Assembly (NCBI GenBank): GCA_963793265.1
Contig: CAWBZI010000006.1
Span: forward strand, 384,001-448,000
Reading direction: 5' to 3'
DNA length: 64,000 nucleotides
Origin: an uncultured cyanobacterium
GTDB taxonomy: Bacteria; Cyanobacteriota; Cyanobacteriia; Phormidesmidales; Phormidesmidaceae
How positions within the stretch are numbered: position 1 is the stretch's first letter; each line of letters starts with the position of its first letter. A program made the translations under genes and the position numbers. The notes beneath the pieces are model-generated. The model was not told the origin of the DNA. It did not search any database and worked only from the letters and a program-made list of their open reading frames with translations. Shown piece after piece: positions 19,005 through 28,569 of the stretch.

Positions 19005-21023
19005 ATGGTCTATTGTCCAAATCCTGTGTGTCCATCGCCGCAAAATGCTTTGTTGGCTAATTTTTGCCAGGCTTGCGGTACGCCTTTGACAGTAGCCGAA
19101 CAGTATCGATTGAAATCGATTTTAGGTGAAGGTGGCTCAGGTCGAACGTTTTTGGCCGAAGATGCAGCGGGTAAAACCTACGCCATTAAGCAGCTCTACG
19201 GGGCTCAAGTAGGCAAAACCGACCGTGAATATGACTTTAAAGCGGTAGCTGAGCGACTGCGTAAGCTGGGTGAACATTCGCAGATTCCACGGTTAATAGA
19301 AGCGATAGAAGTCAGCTTGCAGCACCAGATAGTTCGGTTTTTGGTGCAGGAATATGTGTCAGGTGACAATCTGGAAAAGCAAGTAGAGACGGATGGGCCT
19401 TGGACGCCGATGCAGGTGCGATCGCTCCTTTCCCAGTTAGTACCCGTTTTACAATACGTCCACAGCTTCAACGTCATTCACCGAGACATCAAACCTGCAA
19501 ATATCATTAGCCCGAGCAAGAACGCTTCAGATTTGCCAATGCTGGTAGACTTTGGCGCGGCTAAGTGGATACGCAAAGCACCCGCTAAGACGGTTGTTGG
19601 CAGCGCGGACTATGCGGCTCCTGAACAAACGATGGGGCAAGCGACTTTTGCCAGTGACATCTATAGTTTGGGGCTCACCTGCCTACATCTGCTCACGAGC
19701 ATTCATCCTTTTTCGCTTTATTCTATTGCCGAAGATCGCTGGGTTTGGCAAGACTATCTGCCGCAGCCGATTGAGCCGCGATTGGCTCAGGTACTCGATC
19801 AGATGGTGGCTCGCGCTTTGCCTCAGCGCTACGAGAGTTTTGATCAGGTCGCACTCGACTTACAGTTTTCGCAAGACCCGTTGCGCTATGCGTCTAAGCA
19901 GCTCTTGACACTAGCAAAGGAAGCAGCTCCTTTTATTAGTTCTGCGTCGAGTTCTGTTGCAGGCGCACTTCACTCAGCCCGTAAGCAGCCTTCTAATCGG
20001 ATATTTGCCAAAAGTAAAGCGGCTATTGGACAGAAATGGTGGTGTCAGTACCGGCTAACTGAAGCGATTGGCGTAACGCAGGCGATCGCACTCAACATTT
20101 TCTCACCATCTTCCACCCAGGCCCCGACCCTAGCCACCGCTGGCACCGATGGCTCAATTCGCCTGTGGCATCTGCCCAGCGGTCAGCTTATTCACACCTT
20201 TCATCGGCGACGGCTCATAGGTAGCGGTCACACTGCTGCGGTTACGGCGCTAAAGTTTCACCCTGACGGGCGGGCGCTATATAGTGCAAGCGTCGATGGC
20301 ACAATTAAAGAGTGGGACTGCGGCGAATGCTGCTTGCTCAATACGTTGCCGAACGCGGGCTGGACGCCTACAGATTTGGCCGTTACCCCTGATGGCACTC
20401 AGCTCGTGAGCCCTTACAGTGATGGCCAGATTGCCCTCTGGGATATTGCCACGCTTCAGCCTACGGCCCAGCTTGCCCAGCATCAAAACAGTGTGAGGGC
20501 GATCGCGTTCACTACAGATGGCGAATGGCTAGCCAGCGCTAGCGACGATGGCACGATTAAGCTATGGCGATGTCAGCAAGGACAAGTGAGGAGGCAGGTG
20601 CCTCAGCTTTCTAAAACCATCAGCCTTGAGAAGCCAATCGCGCTAGCCTTCTATTCATCGCCACTTAACCCATCGGCCTCTATCTCTACAGTCTTTACCT
20701 GGCAGCTCATCGTTGCGACTGCTAGCGGACTTGTGCTGCGCTACGGTTTAGACGCGCAGGCTAACCCTAGTGAGCCTGAAACTATCTATCAGTCACCTTT
20801 GGCTATTACGGCTTTTGCGCTTAGTGCTGACGGCACACTCGCAATCGGCAGCGAAAACAGAGTTCTAACCCTGTGGAACTTGAGCACAGGAGAATGTGTG
20901 GCCGAGCTTGCGCATGACTGGGGGCTAGTGACAGCTACTTTCACCGCCGATAGCCAAACGCTGATTACGGCGAGCGCTGATGAGGTAGTTTCGGTATGGC
21001 AGCGGGACTCGAAGGGTTCGTAG
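19005..21023 (+). CDS. Ser/Thr protein kinase with C-terminal WD40 repeats
   Basis: N-terminal CPNPVC...CQACG, GEGGSG, HRDIKPANI, DFG, APEQ; WD40 repeats (GHTAAVTAL..DGTIKEWD, ASDDGTIKLW). Confidence 0.93.
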   Translation: MVYCPNPVCPSPQNALLANFCQACGTPLTVAEQYRLKSILGEGGSGRTFLAEDAAGKTYAIKQLYGAQVGKTDREYDFKAVAERLRKLGEHSQIPRLIEAIEVSLQHQIVRFLVQEYVSGDNLEKQVETDGPWTPMQVRSLLSQLVPVLQYVHSFNVIHRDIKPANIISPSKNASDLPMLVDFGAAKWIRKAPAKTVVGSADYAAPEQTMGQATFASDIYSLGLTCLHLLTSIHPFSLYSIAEDRWVWQDYLPQPIEPRLAQVLDQMVARALPQRYESFDQVALDLQFSQDPLRYASKQLLTLAKEAAPFISSASSSVAGALHSARKQPSNRIFAKSKAAIGQKWWCQYRLTEAIGVTQAIALNIFSPSSTQAPTLATAGTDGSIRLWHLPSGQLIHTFHRRRLIGSGHTAAVTALKFHPDGRALYSASVDGTIKEWDCGECCLLNTLPNAGWTPTDLAVTPDGTQLVSPYSDGQIALWDIATLQPTAQLAQHQNSVRAIAFTTDGEWLASASDDGTIKLWRCQQGQVRRQVPQLSKTISLEKPIALAFYSSPLNPSASISTVFTWQLIVATASGLVLRYGLDAQANPSEPETIYQSPLAITAFALSADGTLAIGSENRVLTLWNLSTGECVAELAHDWGLVTATFTADSQTLITASADEVVSVWQRDSKGS

Positions 21024-21038
21024 CCGCCTTAGATGAAT

Positions 21039-22637
21039 CTAGCGACCAATCTTTTGACGAATGCGCTGAACTAGCATGTCCGCTTCAGGAATGCCCAAGA
21101 CCACAGTCAACAAAGCAAAGGCTGCAATACCAACGGCCCCAGCAATGCTCATTAAGATCAGGTTCGCCAAGAATCCTTCTGCGCCGATTAGGCTAGTGAG
21201 TCCGCCTAGTGTCAGCCAGCAGAAGATGCCGCTAACGAAGCTGGCTGCTGTGAGCGTGAAAATAGTTCGTGCCCAGTTCGCAATTGGTAGACCGCCCAGC
21301 TTTCTATCGAGTATCACCGTCATTGCTATCAGCGAGACAATATTGACACCGATGGTCGCAACGACTAAGCCAGTCGGCCCCATTAGGTTGAAGAGAACGT
21401 AGTCTAAAACGGCGTTGACGGCGATGTTAACCAGACTGATTTTAAAGGGCGTATTGCCATCGCCTAGCGCATAAAACACGCGCACCATAATGTCACGGGC
21501 TAGGTAGACGAACATGCCTACGCCATAGGCAATCAAAATTGGCGTAACCAGCAGAACCGCATCTGTATTGAAGTTGCCGCGCTTGTAAACGACGGTGATG
21601 ATGGGCCGCGCGAGCGTAATGATAAGGGCACTCATAGGCAGCATTGTGAGCGCGACCAGCACTAAGCTTTGGCGAATGCGCTGCTTGAGTTCGGGCCATT
21701 GTGACGGGTCGGCTAGCCGCGAAAACATTGGGAAAAACGGCACCAGAATGATGTTGGACACAAGCCCTAGCGGCGTTTGTACCAATAGGTTTGCAAAGCC
21801 TAAAGCGGCTAATGTGCCTGGGACAAAGGCGGCAAAAAACAAATCAGTGTACACGTTGATCTGCATTGAGCCTGACGAAAACGTTGCCGGGCCGAGCACT
21901 TTGAGCACGTCGCGGACGCCGGGATCTCTGAGATTAAAGCGCAGCCGTAGTCGGCCTAAGCCTGATTTCCAGAGGGCGGGCACCTGTACGAGCCATTGTA
22001 GAATCGCGCCTAACAAAGAACCGAGAGCCAGTACCATGCCGCCTAGCATAATGTTGTCTGGATTGGTGATATCTCCGTTGGTGACGAGCCAAAAAACGCC
22101 TAACGCGACAATGACCGCCGAGCTAGAAAGTAGTGGGCTAATAGACGGTAGCCAGTACTGATCATCTGCATTCAAGCTGCCAAAGCCGATGCCAATCAAG
22201 CAGGCAAAGATTGTAATTGGCGACATAATGCGGAGCTGAGTAATGGCAATTTGCCGACTCACCTCGCCCACTTCGGTGCCGATAAACCCGCGCCCTAGCA
22301 GATCGATAATGGGTTCTGCGCACATGAACATAGCAATGCTCACGAAGATCATGCCGATGCCCACGACCGTTGTTACGGTTTCTACGATGGGCGCGATCTC
22401 TTCCTTTCTTCGCTTGGAGACGGCGCTGACAATGGCGCTGTGAAAAGGGCCGTTAATGCCGCCTAGCAGAATGAGTAAAAAGCTGGGAATGACATAGGCA
22501 ATGCCGTAGGCGTCTGTAACTGGCCCCGTGCCAAAAGAAGCTGCGATCGCCTGTTCTCGAAATAAGCCAAACACCTTACTGAGCAAGGTAGCCGCTGCCA
22601 CAATGCCCGCAATTCCTGCCAGCGATCGCTTACCCAA
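21039..22637 (-). CDS. murJ: Lipid II flippase MurJ (MviN)
   Basis: ATLLSKVFGLFREQAIAASFG, GGINGPFHSA, many TM helices, RVFYALGDG. Confidence 0.96.
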   Translation of the reverse strand: MGKRSLAGIAGIVAAATLLSKVFGLFREQAIAASFGTGPVTDAYGIAYVIPSFLLILLGGINGPFHSAIVSAVSKRRKEEIAPIVETVTTVVGIGMIFVSIAMFMCAEPIIDLLGRGFIGTEVGEVSRQIAITQLRIMSPITIFACLIGIGFGSLNADDQYWLPSISPLLSSSAVIVALGVFWLVTNGDITNPDNIMLGGMVLALGSLLGAILQWLVQVPALWKSGLGRLRLRFNLRDPGVRDVLKVLGPATFSSGSMQINVYTDLFFAAFVPGTLAALGFANLLVQTPLGLVSNIILVPFFPMFSRLADPSQWPELKQRIRQSLVLVALTMLPMSALIITLARPIITVVYKRGNFNTDAVLLVTPILIAYGVGMFVYLARDIMVRVFYALGDGNTPFKISLVNIAVNAVLDYVLFNLMGPTGLVVATIGVNIVSLIAMTVILDRKLGGLPIANWARTIFTLTAASFVSGIFCWLTLGGLTSLIGAEGFLANLILMSIAGAVGIAAFALLTVVLGIPEADMLVQRIRQKIGR

Positions 22638-22692
22638 AACGATATCCCCTCATAACCAATCCTCATTTAATCACTCCACGGAGCCCTTGTTC

Positions 22693-24384
22693 CTAACGAA
22701 CCGCAGACCGCAGCCATCCACTCATAAAGTCCACGCCAATCGTCAGGACTATAAACGCTGTAAGCGTAGCGGCGAGTCCGCTGTAGTCAAAGTTGCTGAG
22801 CTGCTCAGTCATCAGTCGTCCCAGTCCGCCTGCGCCAACTAAGCCCACAATGACCGTCTCTCGCAGGCACACTTCCCAGCGGTAGAGAATGTAGGCTAAA
22901 AACCGCGCCAGGGTTGCCGGTAAAATGCCGTAGAAAATGAGGCCACCGCTAGAGGCCCCGAGCGATCGCAATCCCCTCACCGGCCCATCAGGCAGGTTCT
23001 CATTCACCTCGGCCATGAGCCGCCCCAAAATGCCAAAGTTGTGAATGCCTAACGCCAAAGCGCCCGGCAAAATGCTGGGAAACATGCCGTATAAAATTAC
23101 CAGGGCCAAGATGGGAGCCGGGATTGCTCTAGCGCCCAAAAGTAACAGCCGAGTCAGCAGCATCGCCACGTGCCCTATGCTCCAACGACGCGATTCACCG
23201 ACTGAGCTAAGCAGACCGCCGGGTAAAAAGAAGTTCTGAGCGGCTGGGAAAGAGAATGCAATACCGCCGATACCAGCAAAGGTGATAGCCAGCGCCGACA
23301 TGGCGACGGTTTGTAGCGCGAGCGGGAAAAGGGACAAGGAGAATTCGGGTAGGACTTGGGCGGGGGTGACTTGAGCAACAAGATCTGTGAGGAGCGATCG
23401 CGCCCTTGCCCATCGGCTCCAGTCAATATTCAAGTAGGCAAAGCTAAGCGGCAGGGAAAGCGCCATTACGCCCCACGAGAAGGCTATGAACAGCGGTTGG
23501 CGTCTGGGCGATCGCACCCCACTATTTTCCGAAACCCCACGCCCCAAACTCAACCGGCTCACAAATCCCATCTGCCGCCGCAGCCGAGCACTCCAAAAGT
23601 CCACCGTCCCATTCAGCAATATCAGCGCATAAAATCCTGTCCATAGCTCCTCGTAGCGCAATGATTGCAAGCTCAGTAAAATCTGATAGCCCAAACCGCC
23701 CGCGCCAATGACACCTAGAACGGCAGCGGCCCGCAATGAACACTCGAATCGATAGAAGCTGTAGGAAATTAGGTTCGGCAGTGCTTGGGGCAAAAGCGCG
23801 TAGGTAAACGCAATAACTGGCTTTACACCGCTATTAACCAGACTCTCTAGCGGCGCTGTTGGCGTTTCGTCCAAAATTTCTGAGAAGACTTTCGCAGTAA
23901 TTGCGCCAAACGGAATTGCGATCGCCAGCACCCCTACAATCGCATCCAACCCAAAGACATTCAGCAGCAACAGTCCCCAAATCAGCTCATGAATGGCCCG
24001 AGGGATGGCAATCAGCCCGCGTAACGCAATCCATAGCCCGCGCCCAATTCTGCCAGGAAAGCACACCTGCCACCACACCTCAGAGCAGGCAATCCCAAGC
24101 ACAAATCCAATGACTAAGCTCAACGCCGTACCGCAAATGGCAAACGCTAACGTCGTCAAAGTAGCCTGAGCCATCACCTGTAGAAAGTCGGCATCTAAAG
24201 CTGGCCGAAACATGCCCGCCCAGAACTGGCCCATCACCGTAAAGCCCGCCCAGTTCACAACCGGAGATCGACCTATGCCAGAAAGCCACAGCGCCCAGAG
24301 GATTAGCCCTATCCAAACGAGTAAGGCAACTTGAGAATGACTTAATTTTTGAGGTATTTTAGGCAGCAGTTTCTCAGGCGGCAT
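22693..24384 (-). CDS. PhnE/PtxC family ABC permease (two fused permease domains)
   Basis: Two repeats of the PhnE core (RAIHELIW..YRFECSLRAAAVLGVIGAGGLG; RAIPAPI..YRWEVCLRETVIVGLVGAGGLG). Confidence 0.9.
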   Translation of the reverse strand: MPPEKLLPKIPQKLSHSQVALLVWIGLILWALWLSGIGRSPVVNWAGFTVMGQFWAGMFRPALDADFLQVMAQATLTTLAFAICGTALSLVIGFVLGIACSEVWWQVCFPGRIGRGLWIALRGLIAIPRAIHELIWGLLLLNVFGLDAIVGVLAIAIPFGAITAKVFSEILDETPTAPLESLVNSGVKPVIAFTYALLPQALPNLISYSFYRFECSLRAAAVLGVIGAGGLGYQILLSLQSLRYEELWTGFYALILLNGTVDFWSARLRRQMGFVSRLSLGRGVSENSGVRSPRRQPLFIAFSWGVMALSLPLSFAYLNIDWSRWARARSLLTDLVAQVTPAQVLPEFSLSLFPLALQTVAMSALAITFAGIGGIAFSFPAAQNFFLPGGLLSSVGESRRWSIGHVAMLLTRLLLLGARAIPAPILALVILYGMFPSILPGALALGIHNFGILGRLMAEVNENLPDGPVRGLRSLGASSGGLIFYGILPATLARFLAYILYRWEVCLRETVIVGLVGAGGLGRLMTEQLSNFDYSGLAATLTAFIVLTIGVDFMSGWLRSAVR

Positions 24385-25162
24385 TTGCGCTCAAGTCGCT
24401 TAATTCATAAAGCCTCGTTAGCTGATCGCTGGTGACTGAATGACTCGGTAGATCGAATACTAGCTGACCTTGACGGAGGCCGATAACGCGATCGCAATAT
24501 GCCTTCGCCAGATCTACATCGTGCAGGCTCACCAGCAGAGTTCTATCTTTTCCTAGTTCGCAAAGCTGAGCCATAATGTCGTGCGATCGCGCTGGATCAA
24601 CGCTTGCCACCGGCTCATCGGCCAGCACAATCGCCGGGTCTTGCACCAGCACTCGCGCTAGGGCCACCCGCTGCTGCTGACCGCCAGAGAGCCTATCCGT
24701 GCGAGCGTAGAGCTTATCGGCCAAACCGAGCTGCGAAAGCGCCTGCTGTGCTTGCCACGCCTGCTGCGGCCACGCTAAAGACAAGAGTGCTTTCCATAGC
24801 GGCCATCGCCCCAAATGCCCAGCATTAACGTTGTGAATCACGCTGAGATTCGTAACGAGGTTGTGCTGCTGGTAAACGGTGCCGACCTGTCGCTGAAGCT
24901 GACGGCGCTGATGATTACGCAAGTTCTTGAGCGATCGCCCCAACACCCGCACTTCTCCTGCTGTAGGACTCAGCGAGCCGTTGAGTAAGCTTAGCAGCGT
25001 ACTTTTGCCTGCGCCACTGGGGCCGACAAGCGCGACCCGTTCTCCAGATGCGATCGCTACACTCACAGACTGCAACGCCATCACCGAGCCAAAATTGCAG
25101 GTGACATCATCAAGCGAAAGCACAGTATTAGAAGCTACAGCCAGGTCACAACCATCATTCAC
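24374..25162 (-). CDS. PhnC-like ABC transporter ATP-binding protein
   Basis: GPSGAGKST, LSGGQQQRVALAR, LADEPVASVDP. Confidence 0.92.
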   Translation of the reverse strand: MNDGCDLAVASNTVLSLDDVTCNFGSVMALQSVSVAIASGERVALVGPSGAGKSTLLSLLNGSLSPTAGEVRVLGRSLKNLRNHQRRQLQRQVGTVYQQHNLVTNLSVIHNVNAGHLGRWPLWKALLSLAWPQQAWQAQQALSQLGLADKLYARTDRLSGGQQQRVALARVLVQDPAIVLADEPVASVDPARSHDIMAQLCELGKDRTLLVSLHDVDLAKAYCDRVIGLRQGQLVFDLPSHSVTSDQLTRLYELSDLSANAA

Positions 25163-25174
25163 TTAGCAAAGTGC

Positions 25175-26134
25175 CTACTCAATTTTGCCAATCTCTCGAC
25201 CCACCGCCTCAATCTGAGCATAGTTATCATTTTGAGTTTCAATAAACCTTTCAGCGCCAAACAGCTCTAGTATCTCAGCCTGATCGGGATCGCTCGCATC
25301 CAGCTTCAGTAAAGCGGCCTGAACTTTATCAGTAAAGCCTTCGCCATACTGCTCATCTAGCTTTTCGCTATTCACGACCCAGTGATAATCGTAGTAAGCA
25401 GGCGTTTGCCAAATCGCACGCACCTTGCTTTCATCCACACCACCTTCGGCCACCTGATCTAGCCACACCTGCTCATTCAAAGCCCCGGCCTCATAGCTGC
25501 CCGCCTCGACCAGCTTAATCGTGGCATCGTGATTACCCGAGAAACCCGGCTCGCCCTTCAAGTCGTCAAGCTTAACGCCCGCCTGCTCCAAGAAATATTG
25601 AGGCATCAGCCGCCCTGAGGTAGAAGACTCAGATCCAAACGTAAATGATTTATCTTTTAGCTCGGTTAAGTCTGCTTCGCTTTCAAAAGGCTCTATGCCG
25701 CTGCTGGTGTTGGCAATGAAAATGCTGTGAAATTCGGCATCAATGCCTCGCTGGGCGATCGCCTCTGCCCCTGGCACCTGTAGCCGAGACTGCACGCCAG
25801 TGAGCCCGCCAAACCAAACTAAATCCAGGTCACCTACCTTGAATGCAGTCACAGCGGCAGTGTAGTCAGTCACCGGCTCGTACGCTACGGGCACGCCGAG
25901 TTCTGCGCTCAAATAATCAGCTAGCTTGCTGTAAAGCCGCTGCAACTTTTCAGGATCCTGGTCAGGGATTGCACCTACCGATAACGGCGCTGCCGACAGG
26001 TTTTCAGCGACAGCTCCATCCGATGTCGTGGTACCTGTAGTTTCACTGGGCGCGCAGCCTGACATCAATAGCAAGAAAAGTCCACACGCCCCAGAGATTA
26101 CGGAACGACGATTGCAAGACATCAAAAGCTTCAT
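25175..26134 (-). CDS. PhnD-like lipoprotein of the 'putative selenate ABC transporter substrate-binding protein' family
   Basis: Lipobox LMSGC; AIPDQDPEKLQR, WFGGLTGVQSR, FGSESSTSGRLMPQYFL, YYDYHW motifs. Confidence 0.85.
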   Translation of the reverse strand: MKLLMSCNRRSVISGACGLFLLLMSGCAPSETTGTTTSDGAVAENLSAAPLSVGAIPDQDPEKLQRLYSKLADYLSAELGVPVAYEPVTDYTAAVTAFKVGDLDLVWFGGLTGVQSRLQVPGAEAIAQRGIDAEFHSIFIANTSSGIEPFESEADLTELKDKSFTFGSESSTSGRLMPQYFLEQAGVKLDDLKGEPGFSGNHDATIKLVEAGSYEAGALNEQVWLDQVAEGGVDESKVRAIWQTPAYYDYHWVVNSEKLDEQYGEGFTDKVQAALLKLDASDPDQAEILELFGAERFIETQNDNYAQIEAVGREIGKIE

Positions 26135-26719
26135 ACAGAAATTTACTTACAAAAGGTAGTGGGACTAGAGGTTACCAAACTTCTGAATTCAATATCAATG
26201 GGGCGTCAGTGAGATTTGAGGAGAAGATCACAATCGAAAATAATAGAGATAGGTATCAGCAGTCGTTCACGCAAACGAAAAAATCTTCTGCTATGACGGA
26301 ATTTATGTACATGCTGGTAAATAACCTGACGTGCAGGTAAGTGTTTTCACTTCTATATAAACAGGCGGTCTGTGACAAAAGGCACCTCAAAAAACTGCTT
26401 GCCGTGATGCGTGATGCGATCGCAAAAAGTTTTCCCCAGGCCACATCGACGACGCTTCGACTAAATTGAGCTGCCATACAAAACCGTGAATATCGCTCCA
26501 ATACCTATTAATTGCCATCTAGGAAGCATTCAAAAATATTTCAGCTCGAACGCCTACTGGTCTAGTACCTCTCGGCACAAGCGTGCGAAACCCCCGAAAG
26601 ACATGAACTCCCGCAATCACTCATAGAGGCAATCGACGCCAAATGCAACCCTTGCAACCGACTAATTTCACTCATTTGACGATTTTTCAAATTCTCTTTT
26701 TTCTAATCTTCCTCAGACA

Positions 26720-26782
26720 CTTTCCACAGGTTATCCACCGATTGAGCAAAAGTTTTCCACAGGTTGCCTATAGTTTTCCACA
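26720..26782 (+). promoter_or_regulatory. Cluster of four co-oriented DnaA-box-like 9-mers
   Basis: CTTTCCACA (26720), TTATCCACC (26731), TTTTCCACA (26753), TTTTCCACA (26774). TTTTCCACA is the typical cyanobacterial DnaA box. Confidence 0.7.
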
Positions 26783-27036
26783 GCTTTTTACGCAGTACCA
26801 GTAGCTTCACGCATTTCTTGGGAATTTAGTTGACGGCACGCTCAAATATGAGAAATCAGCATAACTTCATAAATTTATATGACAAAAAAGTGCCTTAAAC
26901 GCTTATTTTTCGTTGATAGCGCTTTAAGTAAAAAGGCTATTCAAAGTTTTTTTATCATTGACAAACCCTACCCCTGGCAACGCAGAATAGGTCAACACCT
27001 GCACAACTCGCGCAGTGACTAAGCAAGAGGTTCTCC

Positions 27037-27243
27037 ATGCAATCGACCGTAAGCATCCTAGCCGAGATTCCTGAAGAGCTTCACGATTCTCTGAAAGGCT
27101 TTATTGAAACGCACCCTACCTGGGATCAAGACCGCGTATATGCAGCGGCACTGTCTTTATTTTTGCTTCAAAACGGGCACGCGCAAGGCGATCGCACCCC
27201 ATCCCGAATTTATCTAGATACGTTGTTCAACTACGCCCAATAG
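27037..27243 (+). CDS. DUF2811 family protein
   Basis: VSILAEIPEELHDSLKGFIETHPTWDQDRVYAAALSLFLLQNG; GAGG ribosome-binding site upstream. Confidence 0.9.
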   Translation: MQSTVSILAEIPEELHDSLKGFIETHPTWDQDRVYAAALSLFLLQNGHAQGDRTPSRIYLDTLFNYAQ

Positions 27244-27375
27244 ACACATCAATAAACGCGCTAGTAGATACCAAAAATCGGTCAGGGTTTGCGGTCATTG
27301 ACAGTAGGGATATTTCCCCCATCTGTCAAGAGTTTGGGTATAGTATATGAGTCGTAAGATAAGTGCTATACAGCC

Positions 27376-28125
27376 ATGTCTGCCAATCCTGCTGATAGGG
27401 CCTCTACCCAACCGGTAACCCATCGGACGGCGACGCAGGATTCTTTACTACTTAAAGAAGTATTACAGAGTATTAACGCGCAAAGCTGCCCGAGAACCTA
27501 CAACTTCCATATGCATACCAACTGCTCTGACGGGAAACTAACCCCCGCAGAGCTGATGAATCAGGCCGTAGATATTGGCCTAACGGGTATGGCAATTACT
27601 GACCATCACAACGTCAAGGGCTATCGCAAAGCCCGTCAGTGGATGGAAGATTGGCGGTGGCACAACCCCTCTAGCTGGAGCCGTAAGCGCAAGCCAGGAA
27701 CGAAATCTTTGCCTAAGCTTTGGACAGGTGTCGAAATCACCTCATACTTAGCCGGTACCGATGTGCATATTCTAGGCTACGCCTTTAGACCCGGTGATGA
27801 GGGGATGGCCCCTTATATTCAGGGCTCGGCCCCAAAAGGTGAAGATCGAGAGGCGAGCCGTGTCATTAACGCTATTCAGGCAGCAGGTGGAATTGCTATT
27901 TTGGCCCACCCTGTTCGCTACCGGACAGATGAAATTACGCTCATAAGGGCGGCAGCACTGTTAGGGATTGATGGTGTAGAAACCTACTACGCTTACGACA
28001 ATCCAAAGGTTTGGCGACCTAGCCCTGGTAAAACAGAGCGTGTGCAGGCACTAGCTCATGAGCATAGATTATTGAGCAGTTGCGGCACGGATACTCATGG
28101 CAAAGTACTAACCAAGCGTTTGTAA
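27376..28125 (+). CDS. PHP domain-containing phosphoesterase
   Basis: FHMHTNCSDG, AITDHH, GVEIT, HILGY, LAHP, GTDTHG. Confidence 0.92.
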   Translation: MSANPADRASTQPVTHRTATQDSLLLKEVLQSINAQSCPRTYNFHMHTNCSDGKLTPAELMNQAVDIGLTGMAITDHHNVKGYRKARQWMEDWRWHNPSSWSRKRKPGTKSLPKLWTGVEITSYLAGTDVHILGYAFRPGDEGMAPYIQGSAPKGEDREASRVINAIQAAGGIAILAHPVRYRTDEITLIRAAALLGIDGVETYYAYDNPKVWRPSPGKTERVQALAHEHRLLSSCGTDTHGKVLTKRL

Positions 28126-28173
28126 GGGGCGCGGGTAGTCACGCCGTGAGTCACAGGCCAAAAAGAACATGAG

Positions 28174-28207
28174 AAAAGCCGCCCTTGGCTGACCAGAGGC
28201 GGCTTTT
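28174..28207. terminator. Bidirectional intrinsic terminator
   Basis: AAAAGCCGCC...GGCGGCTTTT hairpin between the PHP gene and a convergent small ORF. Confidence 0.8.
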
Positions 28208-28280
28208 GCTATTTTGCGTAGCAGAGGTTAAGGAAAAGATTCTTTTCTAAACGAATCTTTGTAAATCCTCTAAGAATGCC

Positions 28281-28388
28281 TTATACCGAAGCGTAAGACA
28301 TAATAGCGATCAGGCCAGCGCATCCCACGACGAGCATTAAACCCAACCCAATTGACTGACCTAGACCCGACTTGCGTGCAACTTTCAT
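28281..28388 (-). CDS. Putative 35-aa single-TM small protein
   Basis: Manual translation MKVARKSGLGQSIGLGLMLVVGCAGLIAIMSYASV*: basic N-terminus, one hydrophobic helix, then a terminator. Confidence 0.6.
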   Translation of the reverse strand: MKVARKSGLGQSIGLGLMLVVGCAGLIAIMSYASV

Positions 28389-28569
28389 AATGAAAAGAGG
28401 CGATTGAGCCTTTAGCTATCTATGTATAAACACTAATGCAGCGATCCCCATAGTCCTCATAAAGGACAACAATCCGCAACGAAAAGTAACAGTACTTAAA
28501 GAAGAAGTGAAGTGCCTGCTCAGATTCCTGTTCAGACAAAGGGGACTAAGAAATCAGCGACGTTAGGGC

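Noticed and set aside
18964..19060. Extended 125-aa Ycf34 C-terminus from the ORF track
   Set aside because: It results from the frameshift, overlaps the kinase start and lacks the conserved ending.
26256..26501. 81-aa ORF in the DnaA-box intergenic region
   Set aside because: TTG start, no recognisable motif and no clear ribosome-binding site; probably spurious.
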